Assembly: GCA_004524445.1 (NCBI GenBank) | Contig: SDNP01000041.1 | Coordinates: forward strand, 1-21,856 | Source: Candidatus Thorarchaeota archaeon | Lineage (GTDB): Archaea; Asgardarchaeota; Thorarchaeia; Thorarchaeales; Thorarchaeaceae | DNA: 21,856 nucleotides | Direction: 5' to 3' | Shown: piece after piece, positions 15,091-21,856 of the stretch | Layout: each line of letters starts with the position of its first letter | How positions within the stretch are numbered: the first letter of the stretch is position 1 | Made by a program: the position numbers and the translations under genes | Notes under the pieces: generated by a model | The model's database searches: none | What the model saw: only the letters and a program-made list of their open reading frames with translations | Told to the model about the DNA's origin: nothing

Positions 15091-17106
15091 GTGATATTGC
15101 TTGAAGGTACTGATCTAAGACTGAATAGAGCCATGACTTTTGAGTGGTTATACACGAATGGGCTTGGCGGGTATGCCTCGTCAACCATTGTTGGTATGAA
15201 TACTCGGAGTCATCATGGCCTTCTGGTAGCATCACTGAACCCGCCGGTCAATAGATGGATGACACTATCTCGAGTCGATGAGGTTCTTGCCACATCAGAG
15301 GATACCTGCAATCTAAGTACTGCGCACCAGGCCGGGGGCGTCAAGCAGCGCGGCTATCGACAGATGGACAGCTTTGTTTTGAATCCGTTGCCTACCATGA
15401 CATATTCTACTGACTGTGTAAAAGTAACCAAGACCGTATTCATGGCATACAGAAAGAACTGGACAGCTGTTAATTACGAGTTGACGAATACAGAGGAAAC
15501 CGTTCTAACGGTCACTCCATTTCATACTTGTAGGCCTCTAGAGAGACTCAGGGGACATCTCGATTTTACCCCACAGGCAGAGGCTATGAGCCCTAATTCA
15601 TACCTTGCATTTGATGACCGTGAGCAGAGTCCTTGGGTATATGGATACACACCTGATGCTGAATTCATGCCCTCAAAAATCAAAATCACTGACCAGCAAA
15701 TATATCGAAAAAATAAGTCCAAGGGGCTGGATCATAAAGAGGAGTTGTTTATACCCGGTGTGTTCCACACAGTTCTCGACCCCGGAGAACACTATTTGTC
15801 ATTTCTTTTTGCTGCTGACCAGACTAGAAAAGGGCTGATGAAGAGCCTCGGGAATCTGGCCAATGCCGAGCGGAAGGACTTTGCCAAATTACGATTCGAC
15901 GAGCTACGGAGGAGAAAAGTTCTGAATGACAGAGCTTACAACCTCTCTCCAAAACCTCGCGATGAAGATATCGAATGGCTGGTCTACAATGCTGATACAT
16001 TCATAGTTGATCGTGCCACCACAGGCAGAAAGTCAGTGATAGCTGGTTATCATGAACTGGTTGATATCGGACTAGACTCAATGATTGCTCTTCCTGGACT
16101 CACTGTTGCCATATCACGATTTCAAGATGCGAGAGAAATTCTAACGACATATGCTCGATACTCAAGATACGGATTGATAGCCAATGACTTTCCTGTGCGA
16201 GGTATTCAGCCGGAATATGATAGTGTTGATGCCTCTCTTTGGTTTATCATGGCGGTTAAGAAGTACATTGATGCCACAAATGACACAGAATTCCTTAGAG
16301 GCATCATCTGGGAAACCATGGAATCCATCATCGCAGCGTATAGAATTGGCACGAAATTCAACATACACGAGGACCATGATGGCCTTATCTACTCCGGCAT
16401 AGAAGGCGTTGAAGTCACATGGATGAATGAGCATTTTGGCAATTGGTGCGCTACTCCGAGAATTGGCAAATGTGTGGAAGTCAACGCGCTATGGTTTAAC
16501 TGTTTGATGGCAATGGGCGATATGTGCGAGCTTATTGGAAGAGACCCGTATGAATATAGAGCAGTTGCATCTTGGATCCGAGAAGCTTTTATTCAGTCTT
16601 TTTGGAACGGTGACTCAGGCTATCTCTATGATGTCGTTTCTGACGAGAAGAAAGACGACTCGATAAGGCCAAACCAAATCATTGCCCTCAGCTTGCCCTA
16701 TCCATTACTTGAAACTGAAGAGGCTGAGTCAGTTCTTGAAGTTGTTACTGAAGAGCTTCTAACTCCTTACGGCTTGCGAACTTTGTCCACAAAGGATAAG
16801 CGATATTCTCGCGCAGTTACAGGAGGACCGAAGTCGAGGGCGGGTGCAACACATCAGGGAACCGTTCATCCATGGCTGATTGGCCCATATATCTCGGCAT
16901 ACTTGAATGTGAAAGGTCGAACACCTGAGAACAAAGCATATGCCGAGAAAGAGATATTCAGGCCGGTTTTGAATGCTGTCAGAGATGGATGCTTAGGTAC
17001 TATCTCAGATATGTTTGACGGATCAAAGCCTCACAGAGACCGGGGGGTTGTTTCTCGAGCCAGAAATGTCGCAGAGCTATTGCGAGTTTACTTCGAGGAG
17101 CTTTGA
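15091..17106 (+). CDS. Glycogen debranching enzyme-like protein (archaeal-type amylo-alpha-1,6-glucosidase, GH133) with substituted catalytic motifs
   Basis: EWLYTNGLGGYASST...HGLLVA (GDE_N domain), IAGY, SVDASLWF, TPRIGKCVEVNALW, IRPNQI, LLTPYGLRTLS, HQGTV.PWLIGPY. Confidence 0.88.
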   Translation: MILLEGTDLRLNRAMTFEWLYTNGLGGYASSTIVGMNTRSHHGLLVASLNPPVNRWMTLSRVDEVLATSEDTCNLSTAHQAGGVKQRGYRQMDSFVLNPLPTMTYSTDCVKVTKTVFMAYRKNWTAVNYELTNTEETVLTVTPFHTCRPLERLRGHLDFTPQAEAMSPNSYLAFDDREQSPWVYGYTPDAEFMPSKIKITDQQIYRKNKSKGLDHKEELFIPGVFHTVLDPGEHYLSFLFAADQTRKGLMKSLGNLANAERKDFAKLRFDELRRRKVLNDRAYNLSPKPRDEDIEWLVYNADTFIVDRATTGRKSVIAGYHELVDIGLDSMIALPGLTVAISRFQDAREILTTYARYSRYGLIANDFPVRGIQPEYDSVDASLWFIMAVKKYIDATNDTEFLRGIIWETMESIIAAYRIGTKFNIHEDHDGLIYSGIEGVEVTWMNEHFGNWCATPRIGKCVEVNALWFNCLMAMGDMCELIGRDPYEYRAVASWIREAFIQSFWNGDSGYLYDVVSDEKKDDSIRPNQIIALSLPYPLLETEEAESVLEVVTEELLTPYGLRTLSTKDKRYSRAVTGGPKSRAGATHQGTVHPWLIGPYISAYLNVKGRTPENKAYAEKEIFRPVLNAVRDGCLGTISDMFDGSKPHRDRGVVSRARNVAELLRVYFEEL

Positions 17107-17109
17107 GGA

Positions 17110-18096
17110 TTGGTCGAGATCTTGGAGTCTATCCATCGGATAGAAATTCCGACGCCCTTCCCTGTTGGTAATGTGAACTGCTATCTTATCGAAGGTTCTC
17201 CACTAACACTCATTGATACGGGACCTTATCTCGAGGAAGGCGTCACGCTAATTGATAAGGCCCTCGGCAAGAGCCACTATTCTGTCACAGATATCGAACG
17301 AGTTCTTCTTACTCATGGTCATGTTGACCACGTGGGAAACACTCGTGCAATTCAAGAGGCGGTAAGAGCTAGCGGACATCAAGAACCAGAAGTTTGGATC
17401 CATGAGATGGATTCTCATCGTATTACTGATTATGAAGGATATATCGAGAGGAGAATGCAGGCATATTGGAATGTCATCATCTCTGGGGGCGTTCCGGAGG
17501 AGATTGTAGCCGAATTTTCAACAGAAGGAATGATGAAATACTTCGGACAATTTGGCCAGTCAGTTGACTCAGTCAGTGTATTCTATGAAGAACAACAGTT
17601 TGAGAGCGGTATTGGGCCCATTGATTATCTTTGGACCCCTGGGCACTCGCTGGGTTCGGTTTGCTTCTTGGCCCATGAAAGAGAGATTGTCTTTTGCGGC
17701 GACCATGTTCTTGGCACGATTAGTTCAAATCCAAGTCTTGACTTCGAGGGGAGATTAGGCATTTCCATGCAGAGATATCTTTTATCTCTTGACGCAATTG
17801 AACCATTCTCTCATTACATCCCTCTTCCAGGGCATAGAGACCCCATTTTTGACTTGGGAGTACGGCTTAATGACCTTAGAGAGGATTACCGAAACAAGCT
17901 TAGAAGGACCAAGGATCTGCTTAGTAATGAACCTCAGAGTCTATTTGAACTTTCCAGAAATCTTTACGGTGAATATGCGAGGGATTCGCTTATCTTGGCC
18001 CTGGCTGAAACACATGACCTTGTCCGATTACTAGACAGAGAAGGAGAGGCAATCTTGACCACTAAAGATGATGTAATAGTTGTGAAATCCGTATAA
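17110..18096 (+). CDS. Metallo-beta-lactamase fold hydrolase
   Basis: IPTPFPVGNVNCYL, LIDTG, THGHVDHVG (HxHxDH), TPGHS, GDH, PGH; C-terminal small helical domain. Starts 3 nt after the upstream stop. Confidence 0.93.
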   Translation: MVEILESIHRIEIPTPFPVGNVNCYLIEGSPLTLIDTGPYLEEGVTLIDKALGKSHYSVTDIERVLLTHGHVDHVGNTRAIQEAVRASGHQEPEVWIHEMDSHRITDYEGYIERRMQAYWNVIISGGVPEEIVAEFSTEGMMKYFGQFGQSVDSVSVFYEEQQFESGIGPIDYLWTPGHSLGSVCFLAHEREIVFCGDHVLGTISSNPSLDFEGRLGISMQRYLLSLDAIEPFSHYIPLPGHRDPIFDLGVRLNDLREDYRNKLRRTKDLLSNEPQSLFELSRNLYGEYARDSLILALAETHDLVRLLDREGEAILTTKDDVIVVKSV

Positions 18097-18269
18097 TCGC
18101 CATTTTGGACAAACAGCCAACATTCATAAGGGAAATTTTCATAATGTTTTATGCAGCATGTAGTTTTTTCCATCAGAGGACATGAGGAATGTTCCTATGA
18201 TGAACGCGCCATCCAAACTGATGAGTCATACTGAAGCAACGCAGTTCCAATTCTATTTAGGCACTCTCC

Positions 18270-18294
18270 GTGCTGGACTTAGCACCCTTTTTTT
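18270..18294 (+). terminator. Possible terminator: short hairpin followed by an oligo-T tract
   Basis: GTGCT-GGACTT-AGCAC stem-loop (18270-18285), then CC and T7 (18288-18294). Confidence 0.35.
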
Positions 18295-18339
18295 CAACAT
18301 CTGGTATGCTCCTCATCCATGTTGGCGGGGGATGACATT

Positions 18340-21300
18340 ATGAAGAAGATAATTACAACTACAATCATTGCTCTGATGCTGATTGGATTTATTTCCACAG
18401 GTTTCTTTGTTTCAGCTCAAGATCCAGAAGACCCATTCGTCTATGTCGGCTGGGATGTTGAAAACAAGACAGAGGAACTCGGCCATACAGAACAGAGCTC
18501 ACAATGGCTTTTCGGGCCACAACCAACAATCATAATCAGTTATGAGGAAAACGGGACAAGCATAACCGAGAACAACTACAGAGTTGAAGTGGGTACAGAG
18601 ATTCTAATCAATATCACGGTGCCCAAGTCATTTCTCGGTGAGGGGAATATCTTGGACACCCTCAAATTCTGGGGTTCTACAGAAACTCCCGGTGAGAAAG
18701 CAGTTTTTGCTCTCGGTTATAACGCCACCAGCGATACTTGGGAAGCCCCATATGCGGCGAGATTTGAACTGGGTTCTGATACCCCCTCCGAAGCAGGATT
18801 TATCGAGTTCATCGAGCCTGATTCCAGCTATTCTAATTCAACTGCGTTCTACAGAGTAATATTTGCCGTGAATTTTACCCGAACTGCCTTAGAAGGCATA
18901 TATTGGACGGGCATGCATACCATTGATCAGCTGGGTCGACCAGTATCACCTTCTTGGCTTTCCCGTTTGCAGTCTGGAGGATTTGCAACACCCCCGATCG
19001 GCCTGAGTGTAAAGGTCAACCCAGCGGATTTCTTCTTACCCAAATATTACTATGGTGAGATTACCAATCGCGAGGGAGAGATTATTCACTATGTTGACGA
19101 CAATGATACTTTTATTGTACGCCTGCTTTCGCACTATGAATTTGGGGATGTGATGATTCCATTTGCCTATTTGGATTTGAACAGCTCTTACTTCCAGGAG
19201 ATTAACTACACTCAACCTGTTAACTGGCCAGATTCCATGTATAATCCGGATGCACCAATGGAGAACGTGGCACTTAACGTGTCTCCTACAATGTTCTTAG
19301 TACACAACTCTACACATACAGTCGTAGAGGCAGGATACCCAAGCATTGAGTTCTACTGGGCGGAGATTACGGAAGGAATTGGCGCGTGGTTGCTCAACTA
19401 CACTATGACGCGTAATTCTACCATTGACCTAAGTAGATACTATGTAGCAAACTCTACCTATACAAATGAGTTCAATCAAGGTCGAGGGATCCGCTGGGGT
19501 GGATACTTCACAAACAACACGGATATGCATTGGCATCCGTTCAAGACAGGCGCCATAATTGACCCAAGTGAAATCCTATACTTCGCTCAGGTTGAAGATA
19601 TCAACGGAGAGCAACTCTATCCTCGCCCTGAAATAACTGGAAAACAGACCATGAAGCTCTCATACAAGGAAAGCTTCATCGAAGCATTTCTGTTTGATAA
19701 CGAAGGGAACCTTGCCAATAAGGGTGAACAAGGAGAGTACTTGAACCTAACCATGTTCATCCATCGACCCCTAGAGCTAATCAATGGTTCGTCTATCTAT
19801 GAGTGGCAAGACAATACGTGGCAGGTGACCGAAGAACTTGTCAACGGATCAATCCAGTTCTCAGGCAGTGGCTATGGCGAGAATGAAACGCACTACTGGA
19901 ACTACGCGGCATGGTATAATGTCACTCTTGATTTTGAAACTGGTTCTCCGAAGGTCTGGTCATTATATGCAAAGAAGACATACCTACGAGGAACTGGGGA
20001 AGCTGTGGGAAAAACCGAAACGCAAATTGCGGCATGGTTAACAGTCCATGACTTTAGCATCGAATTAGGTGAAGATGTTTCTAAGCTATTTCTGAACATT
20101 AGTTTCAGTCCGCTTGCTCCTGATATGCTCTTTGAAAGAGCGAAGATGACGGTAGGTCAGGTTGAAAACCTAAGGATTTGGAATGGGACACATTTTGTGC
20201 TACCAACTTGGCTACCACCTGAGCAATATGCAGATTGGATTGACCAATACAAAAAGATAGATGTATCCAATCAAATCGTTTGGAGCCCTAGCCACTTCAA
20301 GCTTGGGAATGTGCAGTTATGGGTTCCTCCGGCTTGGACGGTGACGGATGACGGTGCCATCGACCTAGATGGTAACACATTCACTACAGATGACCAGTAC
20401 TATGTAAAGAGAACAGGCTATTGGAAAGACTGGGGGAATATTAGCATTGAGGGTATGCAAGTTGACATCATCTTTGAACCATCACCAGATGAGAGCGGCG
20501 ACGAGTTCTTCTCTCGTTCTTGGATGGGTGTGGTCGAGATGGTCATGGAGTTTGAAGCCAACGAAACCTTCCACTGGTATAAGGCGGAAACCTTCGAGCT
20601 TGTGTCTGAAAGTGAGATGGAGGACATCCGTGAGACAATGTGGGCTGATGAGCAGGCGAACGTGCCAAAGCCTGAGTATCAATACACGGCGTGGATGTCC
20701 AAGAACAGAACCATTGATCTGAGTCACATTCCTGAGCTTGAATCCGGAGTATGGCGAAATACCTGGTTTGCTTGGGGCACATCTCAGTTGTTCAATATCA
20801 CGACCCGTGAATCCCAACAGGAATGGGCCATATTCAGAGCAGAGTATGCTGGCATGCTGATTTTCAACGACTTGGAATCAGAGGATTCTCCTAACGCACC
20901 AGATTTCTCCTTTGAGGAAACTGGTGTCGAGTCCAATGAGGTCACTCACCTCGTTCTTATAGACAGCGTTGGTGGCCTTGAGCTCAGACGGCCATTCGAC
21001 TCTACGGCGGATCACGACAGCCGAATAGTATCTCCTGACACAGTGATTGACTTCGGAATTTCAATCTACGATGTTAATGTGACAATTTATCCGCTGAAAC
21101 GGGAGAACGCAGAAGGAATACGCAGCCCTTGGGAACTAAGGCAATCCACCGACGGTGCAATGGGCCTCAACCAGACCAATTTTGACTATGCGATTTCTAC
21201 TGCAACAATCGATGAGATGGCCTTTGACATCACATTCCAAGTTGATATGGTTGAGTATGATGCCGAGGATGAGGAAACATGGAATCACGCGGCATCGTTC

Positions 21301-21856
21301 AAAATCGACCAGATTATTGGTAACTGGTCATTGAACGAGTTTGACAACTCCGTATTGAACGGAAGGGGCCTTGCAGTAAATTACTTCGGTATCCTAGCTA
21401 CTGCAAAGAGAACCCAATACCAGGCAGGCAATCAGCCTGTGGCAGATACCAATGCGGACAGTGTCGGGGCAAATTACTACGTCTTTGGCGATGAAAACAG
21501 TCCTTTTGCAAACGTATCGATGGGCGGTCTTCCGTACACTTGGGGTGGGGATGACTTCACTACAGAATATATCTCTGGATCTTCAACTGCACCGCTCGGC
21601 GCCTTCAGTGCAATGTTCCAATCTCAATCTGGGCAGAGCATTACTAATTGGAATATTGAGGCATCCATGCTTTTCATGACCGCTGGATACGTGAACTGGG
21701 GTGGTCACGCTGTTCATGTTGACCCAGTTTTTGTATCGTACACAAGTGCTCAACAGACTCTACCTCCGACTGGGACCACTACGACCACAACAACCACAAC
21801 TACTGATACTACCACAGACACAACTGGCCCACCTGGTGACCCTATGGACCTCTATG
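18340..21856 (+). CDS. Large (>1170 aa) secreted surface glycoprotein (partial, runs off the right edge)
   Basis: Not in the ORF track because there is no stop in the window. ATG 18340 with GGGGGA upstream; signal peptide MKKIITTTIIALMLIGFISTGFFVSA|QD. The frame matches at both ends of the gene and was open wherever I read it. Acidic/aromatic beta-rich composition, many NxS/T sequons, and a Thr-rich linker at the end. Confidence 0.9.
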   Translation, partial: MKKIITTTIIALMLIGFISTGFFVSAQDPEDPFVYVGWDVENKTEELGHTEQSSQWLFGPQPTIIISYEENGTSITENNYRVEVGTEILINITVPKSFLGEGNILDTLKFWGSTETPGEKAVFALGYNATSDTWEAPYAARFELGSDTPSEAGFIEFIEPDSSYSNSTAFYRVIFAVNFTRTALEGIYWTGMHTIDQLGRPVSPSWLSRLQSGGFATPPIGLSVKVNPADFFLPKYYYGEITNREGEIIHYVDDNDTFIVRLLSHYEFGDVMIPFAYLDLNSSYFQEINYTQPVNWPDSMYNPDAPMENVALNVSPTMFLVHNSTHTVVEAGYPSIEFYWAEITEGIGAWLLNYTMTRNSTIDLSRYYVANSTYTNEFNQGRGIRWGGYFTNNTDMHWHPFKTGAIIDPSEILYFAQVEDINGEQLYPRPEITGKQTMKLSYKESFIEAFLFDNEGNLANKGEQGEYLNLTMFIHRPLELINGSSIYEWQDNTWQVTEELVNGSIQFSGSGYGENETHYWNYAAWYNVTLDFETGSPKVWSLYAKKTYLRGTGEAVGKTETQIAAWLTVHDFSIELGEDVSKLFLNISFSPLAPDMLFERAKMTVGQVENLRIWNGTHFVLPTWLPPEQYADWIDQYKKIDVSNQIVWSPSHFKLGNVQLWVPPAWTVTDDGAIDLDGNTFTTDDQYYVKRTGYWKDWGNISIEGMQVDIIFEPSPDESGDEFFSRSWMGVVEMVMEFEANETFHWYKAETFELVSESEMEDIRETMWADEQANVPKPEYQYTAWMSKNRTIDLSHIPELESGVWRNTWFAWGTSQLFNITTRESQQEWAIFRAEYAGMLIFNDLESEDSPNAPDFSFEETGVESNEVTHLVLIDSVGGLELRRPFDSTADHDSRIVSPDTVIDFGISIYDVNVTIYPLKRENAEGIRSPWELRQSTDGAMGLNQTNFDYAISTATIDEMAFDITFQVDMVEYDAEDEETWNHAASFKIDQIIGNWSLNEFDNSVLNGRGLAVNYFGILATAKRTQYQAGNQPVADTNADSVGANYYVFGDENSPFANVSMGGLPYTWGGDDFTTEYISGSSTAPLGAFSAMFQSQSGQSITNWNIEASMLFMTAGYVNWGGHAVHVDPVFVSYTSAQQTLPPTGTTTTTTTTTTDTTTDTTGPPGDPMDLY
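21769..21825 (+). repeat. Low-complexity ACN codon run encoding a Thr-rich linker
   Basis: Encodes TGTTTTTTTTTTDTTTDTT with mixed synonymous codons, so it is a protein-level repeat rather than a DNA tandem repeat. Confidence 0.8.

Noticed and set aside
15091-17106. Pseudogene call for the debranching-enzyme homologue
   Set aside because: The frame is intact and full length and the structural motifs are conserved; the changes are concentrated at active-site positions.
18218-18240. CTGATGAG...GAA looks like a hammerhead ribozyme core
   Set aside because: Stem II is not properly formed, GAAG replaces GAAA, and I could not find stems I and III around a cleavage triplet.
18182-18343. 53-aa upstream ORF (MRNVPMMNAPSK...) whose TGA overlaps the ATG of the large surface gene
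   Set aside because: The AGAGGA is only 1 nt from the ATG, the sequence is not protein-like, and it crosses a terminator-like hairpin; probably chance.
1327-21679. Many short ORF-track entries (60-141 aa) antisense to or out of frame within the long genes
   Set aside because: They are wholly or largely nested in well-supported CDSs and have no recognisable motifs; treated as shadow ORFs.
1-21856. CRISPR arrays, IS elements/integrases, tRNA or rRNA genes
   Set aside because: I saw no regularly spaced repeats, transposase/integrase motifs, cloverleafs or rRNA-like tracts, and the intergenic gaps are all under 250 nt.

Overview
Gene-dense archaeal chromosomal window with no mobile element, CRISPR array, rRNA or tRNA that I can see. 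The gene set points to an Asgard archaeon, probably Thorarchaeia-like (inference): longin/roadblock 'eukaryotic signature' domains, YExG-type Ig-like surface repeats, W/Mo-dependent AOR, FrhB family, GGTGA/GGAG ribosome-binding sites and TATA boxes. Gene order: partial membrane protein (-); 49-aa MobB-C-terminal-like ORF and aldehyde:ferredoxin oxidoreductase (+); GNAT, MinD/ParA ATPase and two paralogous longin(-roadblock)-tandem-winged-helix proteins (-); MFS-fold membrane protein fused to a helix-hairpin-helix domain (+); uDENN/longin-like protein fused to a 6xCxxC TackOD1-like domain (-); Ig-repeat surface glycoprotein (+); THEP1 NTPase and stand-alone ferredoxin-FrhB (-); bacterial-type RibA (+); MFS transporter (-); GH133 glycogen-debranching homologue with a degenerate active site, MBL hydrolase and a >1170-aa surface glycoprotein running off the edge (+). 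The best candidate for an undescribed system is 3341-9119: an NPRL2/NPRL3 (GATOR1)-like longin-wHTH pair translationally coupled to a MinD-type ATPase instead of a small GTPase, flanked by an MFS-HhH fusion and a longin-Zn-ribbon protein. All family assignments come from motif recognition by eye; no database search was run.
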